The notes beneath the pieces are model-generated. The model searched no databases. It had not been told where the DNA came from and saw only the letters and a list, made by a program, of their open reading frames with translations. DNA of 35,053 bases from Anaerolineae bacterium (lineage in GTDB: Bacteria > Chloroflexota > Anaerolineae > JACIWR01). Position 1 is the stretch's first letter. Each line of letters begins with the position of its first letter. The stretch is taken from positions 1 to 35,053 of the forward strand of contig JACIWR010000004.1 in NCBI GenBank assembly GCA_014360845.1. Direction: 5' to 3'. Positions 23,402-31,106 of the stretch are shown here, piece after piece. The position numbers and the translations under genes were made by a program.

Positions 23402-24148
23402 ATGATTACGTTGAAATCACCCTCTGAGCTGGCGCGCATGCGCGAAGCTGGCCGCATAGTCGCCATCGTTCTGGACCTTTTAAGGGAAAAAATCGCGCCA
23501 GGGGTCACCACTGGCGAGCTGGACATTCTGGCTGAGGAGACCATTCGCAAGTACGGAGCGGTGCCCTCTTTCAAGGGGTATCGCGGTTATCCGGCGGCGT
23601 TGTGTGTTTCCATCAACGAGGAAGTGGTGCACGGCATCCCCGGTGCGCGGGTGATTCAAGAGGGCGACATTGTCAGCGTAGATGTGGGCACGATTTACAA
23701 AGGGTTCCAGGGGGACGCGGCCATCACCGTGGCGGTGGGGGAGGTATCTCCTCAGGCACGTCGTCTACTGGAGGTCACCGCCGGCGCTTTGGAAGCCGGG
23801 ATCGCTCAGTGCGTGGCCGGCAATCGCCTGGGGGATATTTCGGCGGCCATTCAGAGTTACGCCGAGTCGCGGGGCTTCTCCGTGATCCGTGAGTACACCG
23901 GACACGGCATTGGGCAGCAGATGCACGAGGACCCGCAGGTGCCCAACTTCGGCGAGCCGGGGCGGGGCGTGATTCTCAAATCGGGGATGACTTTCGCTCT
24001 GGAGCCCATGGTGGCCATGGGCACATGGCACACCAGGGTCCTCGACGATGGCTGGACGGTGGTGACTTTGGATGGTCAGCTCTCGGCTCATTTTGAGCAC
24101 ACCATCGCTGTCACGGATGGACAGCCAGAGATATTGACTCGATTATAA
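23402..24148 (+). CDS. map: Methionine aminopeptidase type I
   Basis: SINEEVVHGIP, GHGIG..MHEDP, EPM, SAHFEHT. Confidence 0.98.
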   Translation: MITLKSPSELARMREAGRIVAIVLDLLREKIAPGVTTGELDILAEETIRKYGAVPSFKGYRGYPAALCVSINEEVVHGIPGARVIQEGDIVSVDVGTIYKGFQGDAAITVAVGEVSPQARRLLEVTAGALEAGIAQCVAGNRLGDISAAIQSYAESRGFSVIREYTGHGIGQQMHEDPQVPNFGEPGRGVILKSGMTFALEPMVAMGTWHTRVLDDGWTVVTLDGQLSAHFEHTIAVTDGQPEILTRL

Positions 24149-24181
24149 TTCATCGCGTGGTGAGACGGAGGTAAGGGGATA

Positions 24182-24295
24182 ATGAAAGTTTCAGCTTCGG
24201 TCAAGAGACGGTGTCCTAAATGCAAGATCATCCGGCGACGGGGCGTCGTGCGGGTTATCTGTGAGAATCCAAGGCATAAGCAGCGACAGGGATAG
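24182..24295 (+). CDS. rpmJ: 50S ribosomal protein L36 (not in ORF track)
   Basis: Manual translation [37 protein letters not shown]. Confidence 0.97.
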   Translation: MKVSASVKRRCPKCKIIRRRGVVRVICENPRHKQRQG

Positions 24296-24344
24296 CGCTG
24301 CCTGGATGCATTCACTGTGTCCGTGGAGTGAGAGGAGGAATTAA

Positions 24345-24734
24345 ATGGCGCGAATTGCGGGCGTGGATTTGCCGCGCAACAAGCGAGTCGAAGTTGCTCT
24401 GACCTATATTTATGGCATCGGTCGGTCCACCAGCAAGGAGATTCTACAGACCGCCGGAGTGAACCCGGATACACGGGTGAAAGACCTGGCGGAGTCGGAG
24501 ATCAACCTGTTGCGGGAGATCATCGCCCGCAATTACAGGGTGGAGGGTGATCTGCGCCGTGAGGTGCAGATGAACATCAAACGCCTGATGGACATCGGTT
24601 GCTACCGCGGACTGCGGCACCGCATGAATCTGCCGGTACGCGGACAGCGCACGCGCACCAACGCGCGCACCAAGCGCGGTCCTCGGAAGACGGTCCCCGG
24701 GCGTGGCCGGCGCCGTGGAATGAAGAAGAAGTAG
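24345..24734 (+). CDS. rpsM: 30S ribosomal protein S13
   Basis: [27 protein letters not shown]. Confidence 0.99.
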   Translation: MARIAGVDLPRNKRVEVALTYIYGIGRSTSKEILQTAGVNPDTRVKDLAESEINLLREIIARNYRVEGDLRREVQMNIKRLMDIGCYRGLRHRMNLPVRGQRTRTNARTKRGPRKTVPGRGRRRGMKKK

Positions 24735-24887
24735 TTAACGGAGCTTATCCGGTTCGTGGTGGGAAAGGCGTAGCGACGGGCAGCCCTGCCCCGACTCTCA
24801 CCTTTCACCCAGGGCGCAGTAGCGGTCGGTCGCTACGCTTAACACCACAAGCTATATTCAAGAAAGTTGTTGTTGGAGGAATAAAGT

Positions 24888-25292
24888 ATGGGGCGACCAG
24901 CGAGAAGAGGCAGTAGAAGGGGTAAAGTCCGGCGGCAAAAACGCAACGTGCCGTACGGTCACGCACACATTCAGGCGACGTTCAACAATACCATCGTGAC
25001 GCTGACCGATCCTCAGGGCAACGTGATCACCTGGGGAAGTGCAGGGACGGCGGGTTTCAAGGGCTCGCGGAAGAGCACTCCTTACGCGGCACGCCTGGCC
25101 GCTCAGCAGGCGGCTGAATCGGCTATGGAACAGGGGTTGCGGGAAGTGGATATTTTTGTCAAGGGCCCGGGGCCTGGTCGGGAGGCGGCGATTCGTGCCC
25201 TCCAGGCGGCGGGCTTGAAGATACGCTCCATTACCGATGTCACTCCCATTCCTCATAATGGGTGCCGCCCGCCCAAGAAGAGAAGGGTCTAG
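24888..25292 (+). CDS. rpsK: 30S ribosomal protein S11
   Basis: [28 protein letters not shown]. Confidence 0.99.
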   Translation: MGRPARRGSRRGKVRRQKRNVPYGHAHIQATFNNTIVTLTDPQGNVITWGSAGTAGFKGSRKSTPYAARLAAQQAAESAMEQGLREVDIFVKGPGPGREAAIRALQAAGLKIRSITDVTPIPHNGCRPPKKRRV

Positions 25293-25361
25293 CGCGGGCA
25301 AAGCTATAGCGGTCAACCAGGCCCGCTGATATGGCGTCCCTCGCTGAAATCAGGAGGTTCA

Positions 25362-26000
25362 ATGGCAAGGTATCTAGGTCCAGTTTGTAGATTGTGTAGA
25401 CGAGAAGGCGAGAAACTGTTTCTCAAAGGCGAGCGCTGCTTCAGCACCAAGTGCGCTATGGAACGGCGTCCTTATCCGCCGGGAGCCCGGGGACGGGAGA
25501 GCCAGTTCCGACGCCGGCGCGCTTCGGACTATGCTCTGCAGCTCCGCGAGAAGCAGAAAGTGCGCCGCATGTATGGCGTTTTGGAACGACAATTCCGCCG
25601 CTATTATAAAGAAGCCCTGCGACGGAAGGGGCTGACAGGGGAAAACTTACTGATCATCCTGGAGAGCCGGCTGGATAACATCGTCTATCGGCTGGGGTTT
25701 GCCAGCTCGCGGGCCCAGGCTCGCCAGTTGGTGCGACATGGTCATTTCTATGTCAATGGCCGACGGGCTACCATCCCCTCCATGCTGCTTAAGCCGGGTG
25801 ATGAGCTGTCGGTGCGTCCCCAGAGTCGGCAACGCAAATACTTCAAAGACTTGGCGCAGGTGTTGGACGAGAAGGACGTGCCTAACTGGTTAAGTCTCGA
25901 CCCTCTGAACATGACCGGGCGCGTGTTGAACTTGCCCACCCGCGAGGAAATCGCCCCTTCGATCCAAGAGCAACTGATTGTGGAGTATTACAGTCGCTAA
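25362..26000 (+). CDS. rpsD: 30S ribosomal protein S4 (Zn-ribbon form)
   Basis: [16 protein letters not shown]...C...[16 protein letters not shown]. Confidence 0.99.
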   Translation: MARYLGPVCRLCRREGEKLFLKGERCFSTKCAMERRPYPPGARGRESQFRRRRASDYALQLREKQKVRRMYGVLERQFRRYYKEALRRKGLTGENLLIILESRLDNIVYRLGFASSRAQARQLVRHGHFYVNGRRATIPSMLLKPGDELSVRPQSRQRKYFKDLAQVLDEKDVPNWLSLDPLNMTGRVLNLPTREEIAPSIQEQLIVEYYSR

Positions 26001-26297
26001 ACTTTGGCAAGCTCTTAGGCCCGCCAACTCCGTTGCGGGCCCCAAAGTTGCTAACTGAAGTCTGGCGCAATGGACAGAGTCTACAGGTGGTGAAGAGCGA
26101 AACATCTCGCTATCACCACCTGTGGACGAGAGAAATTATCCTTTAATGAACTAAAGAACGCCAGGGTCCGGTTACCAAGTCCCAACGGGGGCTTGTCAAA
26201 GATGCAAGGGAGTAGAATGCCTCGGGGTTTGGAACTTGATGAGATGGATGTGGTTTCCGTCTCCGGTTGCTGGACCCGAGGGGAGGGAGAGTAACCT

Positions 26298-27254
26298 GTG
26301 TCCAATATAGTTTTACCTAAGATTGAAACCGATGCCGTGACCCAGGGTTACGGACGATTTATCATTAGCCCGCTGGAGAGCGGATATGGCATCACATTGG
26401 GGAATGCTCTGCGGCGGGTTTTGCTGGCTTCGTTGCCGGGAGCTGCGGTGACTTCCATTCGCCTCAGTGACGTCTATCACGAGTTCTCGCCCATTCCAGG
26501 GGTCAAAGAGGACATGACGGCCCTGATTCTCAACATCAAGCAGCTCCGCCTGAAGATGTACACCGATGAGCCAACTTACATGCGCCTGGCAGTGCATGGG
26601 GAGGGCATTGTCACTGCGGGTGATATAGAGGCTCCCCCCTCGGTGGAGATCATGAACCCCGACTTGCACCTGCTGACGGTTGACTCCGACGACGTGGATT
26701 TGGAGATCGAATTCCAGGTGGAGAAAGGGCGGGGCTACTCCCCGGCCAGCGAAAGGGGACAGTCGCCCATCGGGGAGTTGCCGGTGGATGCGATCTTCAG
26801 CCCGGTGCGCAAGGCCAACTACACGGTGGAACGCACTCGTGTGGGCCAGATGACCAACTACGACCGGCTCATCATGGAGATATGGACCGATGGCACCATG
26901 CGTCCGCTGGATGCCCTGCGAGAGGCGGCGCGGATTCTGGTGCAGCACTTCTCCCTGGTGGCCGGTGTGGAAGAAGCGCCGCCGGAGGAAGAGGAAGTCG
27001 TGGAGGAGGGCATCCCCTCGCGGATTTATGACACTCCCATTGAGGAATTGGACCTCAGTGTGCGCGTGTATAACTGCTTGAAGCGGACGGGCATCACCAA
27101 GGTGGGCGAGGTGTTGGAGAAGCTGGCCGAGGGTGATGATGAGATGCTCACCATCCGCAACTTCGGCACCAAATCTCTGGTGGAGCTGAAGGAGAAGTTG
27201 GCGGCGAAGGGCTTTCTGGGAGTGGGCGTGACGAGCGAAGCAGCAGCGGACTAA
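26298..27254 (+). CDS. rpoA: RNA polymerase alpha subunit
   Basis: PLESGYGITLGNALRRVLL, VDAIFSPV, LSVRVYNCLKR. Confidence 0.99.
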   Translation: MSNIVLPKIETDAVTQGYGRFIISPLESGYGITLGNALRRVLLASLPGAAVTSIRLSDVYHEFSPIPGVKEDMTALILNIKQLRLKMYTDEPTYMRLAVHGEGIVTAGDIEAPPSVEIMNPDLHLLTVDSDDVDLEIEFQVEKGRGYSPASERGQSPIGELPVDAIFSPVRKANYTVERTRVGQMTNYDRLIMEIWTDGTMRPLDALREAARILVQHFSLVAGVEEAPPEEEEVVEEGIPSRIYDTPIEELDLSVRVYNCLKRTGITKVGEVLEKLAEGDDEMLTIRNFGTKSLVELKEKLAAKGFLGVGVTSEAAAD

Positions 27255-27312
27255 GAAGCTAGGATAGCTGTCGGATCAATACAAACAAGCGGAAGATGAG
27301 GAGAGTGGGATA

Positions 27313-27693
27313 ATGAGGCATCGTAAGGCTGGCCGCAAGCTGGGCCGCAACACTGGTCAGCGGCGAGCTCTATATAGAACAATGATCACTCAGTTGTTCC
27401 TCCATGAGCGGATTCAGACAACTGAGGCCAAAGCGAAAGCGATCCGGGGGCGGGCGGAGCGGCTGATCACCCTGGCCAAACGGGGTAACAACGCCGAGGA
27501 CCCGGCGCGTCGGGTGCATGCCCGGCGTCTGGCCGCCGCGCGCCTGAACGGCCCGGAGGTGGTGCGCAAGCTTTTCGATGAGATTGCCCCGCGCTATGCG
27601 GAACGGCCCGGTGGCTATACCCGCATTCTCAAACTGGGGCAACGGCAGGGCGATGGGGCCCGCATGGCCTTGATTGAGCTGGTTGAGGAGTGA
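27313..27693 (+). CDS. rplQ: 50S ribosomal protein L17
   Basis: [22 protein letters not shown]. Confidence 0.99.
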   Translation: MRHRKAGRKLGRNTGQRRALYRTMITQLFLHERIQTTEAKAKAIRGRAERLITLAKRGNNAEDPARRVHARRLAAARLNGPEVVRKLFDEIAPRYAERPGGYTRILKLGQRQGDGARMALIELVEE

Positions 27694-27697
27694 GAGG

Positions 27698-28489
27698 ATG
27701 TCCGAGAACGGAGGCCGGACGCCCGGAGCTGACGCTCAGCAGCCGGCATCTGGCATCCGTTACGTGAGGGCCACGGTCGAGTACGACGGCACGGATTACT
27801 GCGGTTTTCAGTGGCAGGCCGACCAGCCTACCGTACAGGGCGAACTGGAACGAGCTCTGGCGAAGGTCACTCAGGAGGACATCCGTATCACCGCTGCCGG
27901 GCGCACCGACGCCGGCGTCCATGCCCGCGGTCAGGTCATCGCTTTCCATACCGGCTGGCGACATCCTCTGAGCGAGCTGGAACGCGCTCTCAACGCCGTC
28001 CTGGCCGAGGATGTGGTCGTGTGGGAGCTGCAACCGGCGGAGGAGGAGTTTCACCCTCGTTTTAGCGCGCGCAGTCGGGAGTACCGCTACACCATTTTCA
28101 ACCAGCCCAGGCGCTCACCTTTGGCGCGGCGGTTCGCCTATCATTGGCCTCATGCCCTGGATGTGGAAGCCATGAGGCAGGCGGCGCATAAGCTCATCGG
28201 CACGCACGACTTCGCCACTTTCGGGCAGCCGCCGCAGGGGGAGAACACCGTGCGCCAGGTGCTGCGGGCTGAGTTTACTTGTGAGGGGCCTTTCATCCAC
28301 TTCGACATCGAGGCCAATGCTTTTTTGCAGCGCATGGTGCGCAGCATTGTGGGCACGCTGCTCCAGGTGGGGAGCGGCAAACTGTCGTCGGCGGATTTCG
28401 AGGAGATTCTGCGCGCGGCAGACCGGAGTCTGGCCGGACCCACAGCCCCGCCTCATGGTTTATGCCTGATGCGGGTGAATTACGAATGA
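27698..28489 (+). CDS. truA: tRNA pseudouridine(38-40) synthase
   Basis: YDGTDYCGFQ, AGRTDAGVHA, FLQRMVR, TAPPHGL. Confidence 0.97.
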   Translation: MSENGGRTPGADAQQPASGIRYVRATVEYDGTDYCGFQWQADQPTVQGELERALAKVTQEDIRITAAGRTDAGVHARGQVIAFHTGWRHPLSELERALNAVLAEDVVVWELQPAEEEFHPRFSARSREYRYTIFNQPRRSPLARRFAYHWPHALDVEAMRQAAHKLIGTHDFATFGQPPQGENTVRQVLRAEFTCEGPFIHFDIEANAFLQRMVRSIVGTLLQVGSGKLSSADFEEILRAADRSLAGPTAPPHGLCLMRVNYE

Positions 28490-28532
28490 CCTTGACAATC
28501 TGTAGTCTCCGTACCGGCGTGGACGCTTTTTC

Positions 28533-28598
28533 TCCACCGCAGGGTCGCAGAGTGATGGAAATTTATCCGCTTGTGTCCTCGGCGTCTCTGCGGAGGAA
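28533..28598. repeat. Degenerate REP-like inverted repeat in the truA-rplM spacer
   Basis: CCACCGCAGGGTCGCAGAG ... CTCGGCGTCTCTGCGGAGG form imperfect inverted arms. Confidence 0.45.
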
Positions 28599-28678
28599 AC
28601 TGAACCGCGTCTACGTCACACCCTGGTTAAGGGAGGCTACTGACAGTCTGAGTTGTAATTTCTCAAGGAGTTGAAGCC

Positions 28679-29107
28679 GTGAAGACGTATGCAGTGAGAG
28701 CGAGCGAAATTAAGCGTGAGTGGTTTGTAGTGGATGCCGAGGGCAAAACTCTGGGGCGTCTCGCTTCGGAGATTGCCAAAATCCTCAAGGGCAAGCACAA
28801 GCCCATCTACAGCCCCCACCTGGATGTGGGTGATTTCGTCATCGTGATTAATGCGGACAAGATTCATGTCACCGGGCGCAAGCGGGATCAGAAATTTTAC
28901 TATCGTCATTCAGGGTACCCTGGTGGCCTGAAGAAGATCAGCCTCAGGGATCAGTTGGCCAAGCATCCCACGCGCGTGTTGGAGGCAGCGGTGCGGGGAA
29001 TGTTGCCCAAGAACAGGCTGGGCAGACGCATGATCAAAAAGCTGAAAGTGTACGCCGGTCCTGAGCATCCCCATCAGGCCCAACAGCCCAAGAAATTGGT
29101 TCTGTAG
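28679..29107 (+). CDS. rplM: 50S ribosomal protein L13
   Basis: [28 protein letters not shown]. Confidence 0.99.
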   Translation: MKTYAVRASEIKREWFVVDAEGKTLGRLASEIAKILKGKHKPIYSPHLDVGDFVIVINADKIHVTGRKRDQKFYYRHSGYPGGLKKISLRDQLAKHPTRVLEAAVRGMLPKNRLGRRMIKKLKVYAGPEHPHQAQQPKKLVL

Positions 29108-29123
29108 AGAGGAGAGGGAGTAG

Positions 29124-29519
29124 ATGTCGAGTGTGTATTACGAAGGGGTAGGCAGAAGGAAGACTTCCACGGCCCGGGTGCGACTTTTCCCCGGGGGTAA
29201 GGGCAATATTCTTGTCAATGACAAGCCGGCGGAGGAGTATTTCTTCCGCAAGGAGGATTTGGCTCACTTCCTGGCCCCGTTAGAGGCGGTGGGCATGAGG
29301 GACGCCTTCGATGTCAGCGTACATGTGAAGGGCGGCGGCGTGTCCGGCCAAGCGGGGGCAGTGCGGATGGGTATTGCCCGTGCCCTGCTCAAGGCCAATC
29401 CCGACCTGCGTCCCGTGTTGCGAGCCGGTGGTTTCCTGACCCGTGACGCGCGCATGAAGGAGCGCAAGAAGCCCGGACTCAAGCGCGCGCGCAAGGCACC
29501 GACTTACACCAAGCGCTAA
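29124..29519 (+). CDS. rpsI: 30S ribosomal protein S9
   Basis: GRRKTSTARV, GGGVSGQAGA, ERKKPGLKRARKAP. Confidence 0.99.
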   Translation: MSSVYYEGVGRRKTSTARVRLFPGGKGNILVNDKPAEEYFFRKEDLAHFLAPLEAVGMRDAFDVSVHVKGGGVSGQAGAVRMGIARALLKANPDLRPVLRAGGFLTRDARMKERKKPGLKRARKAPTYTKR

Positions 29520-29545
29520 GTCCATACTTTGTTCGCATCAAATAC

Positions 29546-29586
29546 AGGCGCAGACCCGCTGATGCTGGCGGGTCTTGCGCCTTTTG
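29546..29586 (+). terminator. Probable intrinsic terminator after rpsI
   Basis: AGGCGCAGACCCGC / GCGGGTCTTGCGCCT stem (one bulge) followed by a short T run. Confidence 0.7.
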
Positions 29587-29590
29587 CATT

Positions 29591-29619
29591 CCAGCGCCGC
29601 CGGTTCACGGCGGCGCTGG
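29591..29619. repeat. Hairpin repeat, copy 1
   Basis: CCAGCGCCGCCG-GTTCA-CGGCGGCGCTGG perfect 12-bp stem; first 25 nt recur at 31076-31100. Confidence 0.75.
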
Positions 29620-29622
29620 GGG

Positions 29623-30114
29623 TCACATCATCTCGACGAGTAGATTGCTCGCCAGTCCTGCCAGGGGAGGTACCGCAAAAGTGACGATGTAACGGGTGAT
29701 CGCTACCTGGGGATCAATGAGCGCCGCTTCCAGGGGCAAGCGCGTCACTGACCATAGCGACCAGGCTGATAAAAAGCCCACTACTGCTCCTGTACTAGCC
29801 CCGGCGCGATATAACGCTCCTACCAGGGGAAAGACAGCATAGGGAGAGCCGGGCATCAATCCACCGACCACACAGGCTATCAAAACGCCCTTGATTCCGG
29901 CTTGAGTACCTAGCCAGCGGGAGATCACTTCCCCAGGGATGAGAACCTGGACTAGGCCCGCGATTAGAAATCCCAGCAGCAGTACGAGCAGATTGCGCCA
30001 CAGCATTCGTCCGGCGGCGATCATACCGGACACAGGCAAGTCGCGTCCTCGCCAGCATGCGATGGCGAACAGCCCTCCCGCAATGACTACGAAGATCAAC
30101 GTCGTCATATCCAT
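29623..30114 (-). CDS. Small permease (DUF318/ArsP-like half-permease)
   Basis: Hydrophobic; LIAGLVQVLIP..ISRWLG, GGLMPGSPYAVFPLV..L...GA; ATG 30114 after AGGAG (alternative 30141). Confidence 0.7.
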   Translation of the reverse strand: MDMTTLIFVVIAGGLFAIACWRGRDLPVSGMIAAGRMLWRNLLVLLLGFLIAGLVQVLIPGEVISRWLGTQAGIKGVLIACVVGGLMPGSPYAVFPLVGALYRAGASTGAVVGFLSAWSLWSVTRLPLEAALIDPQVAITRYIVTFAVPPLAGLASNLLVEMM

Positions 30115-30237
30115 GGATATGCGTCTCCTCTGTTGGCTCATTCTACATCCTCGTTGGGCTAGACGACCGGCCGGTCGCTCTCCTGCGCTCTTCGGCCCGG
30201 TAACGTCGTACTTGATGCGCGAGGCAGGCCTCCCGTA

Positions 30238-31008
30238 CTACATCGCAAGGCGCGGCGCGCGCCGTTTCCTCAGTAGACTCACCCCCAGCATCAGGACAGC
30301 TAATGCCGTCGTCACCCAGGCGGCTATGGATACCACTGGCGTGCCCGCGTGCTTGATGGCGATGCCCGCAAAGGCCCAGACGATGACCAGCACGTAGGCG
30401 ACATCCCCCCGGGTGAAGCTCACCGCTGAAGCGATGCCCACCCCCACGAGCAACATGATCACCGTCCACGCCTCAGGGCTTATACCCCAGCCGTTCCAGT
30501 TCAGATAATCCAGAACCGAGGTCACGTTGGCGACGGTGGCCACGGTAATCCAACCCAGGTAGATGCTGAAAGGCATGTGCACCAGCCACTTCTCCGCGGG
30601 GGAAACGTGGGCGCGTCCGATCTCCAGACGCAGGTAGATAGCGATCAGCAACAACAGCAGGGCGAACATGACCACCAGGGTCAGCAGAAAGAACTCGTAA
30701 TGCCACAGGAAAAGCCAGGCGATGTTGGCCACACAGCTCAGGGCGGCCAGGTAACCGGCACGGCGCAGGCGGGGATTCTCTCGCTGAGCAGGCAGCGCCT
30801 GGTAGACGGCGAAGACGATCAAGCCCACGTAGATCAGGCCCCAGATGGAGAACACATAACCGGCCGGCACGAAGTAGACCTGGAAACGGTCCGAGATTTC
30901 GCCGGTGGTTTGCCCGTTGAGGGGAAGCGCGTTCGCCAGGCCGTTGACCACCAGGGCCGCTATCACCGCCAACACATTGACCACCTGCCTTACAGTATCT
31001 CGTTTCAT
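30238..31008 (-). CDS. Tryptophan-rich sensory (TspO/MBR-like) membrane protein
   Basis: PAGYVFSIWGLIY, NIAWLFLW, PFSIYLGWITVATVAN, LVIVWAFAGI; many TM segments. Confidence 0.75.
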   Translation of the reverse strand: MKRDTVRQVVNVLAVIAALVVNGLANALPLNGQTTGEISDRFQVYFVPAGYVFSIWGLIYVGLIVFAVYQALPAQRENPRLRRAGYLAALSCVANIAWLFLWHYEFFLLTLVVMFALLLLLIAIYLRLEIGRAHVSPAEKWLVHMPFSIYLGWITVATVANVTSVLDYLNWNGWGISPEAWTVIMLLVGVGIASAVSFTRGDVAYVLVIVWAFAGIAIKHAGTPVVSIAAWVTTALAVLMLGVSLLRKRRAPRLAM

Positions 31009-31075
31009 TTTCTCAAACCTCCCTTAACTTCTGGCTGGGCTCCCCGCGGAGCTACCTGTCGGCAGCAGGATTTAC

Positions 31076-31100
31076 CCAGCGCCGCCGGTTTACGGCGGCG
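31076..31100. repeat. Hairpin repeat, copy 2
   Basis: CCAGCGCCGCCGGTTTACGGCGGCG, 24/25 identical to 29591-29615. Confidence 0.75.
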
Positions 31101-31106
31101 TAAACA

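Noticed and set aside
18250-26000. Zn-binding forms of S14, L36, S4 and Adk
   Set aside because: Ordinary ancestral C+ variants
26193-26218. TTGTCA...TAGAAT as an rpoA promoter
   Set aside because: Spacer is only 14 nt; not called as a feature
30142-30240. TspO-like TAG stop is in frame with the permease across a stop-free 32-codon spacer (possible readthrough fusion)
   Set aside because: Likely chance in GC-rich DNA; the permease has its own SD and the linker looks non-coding
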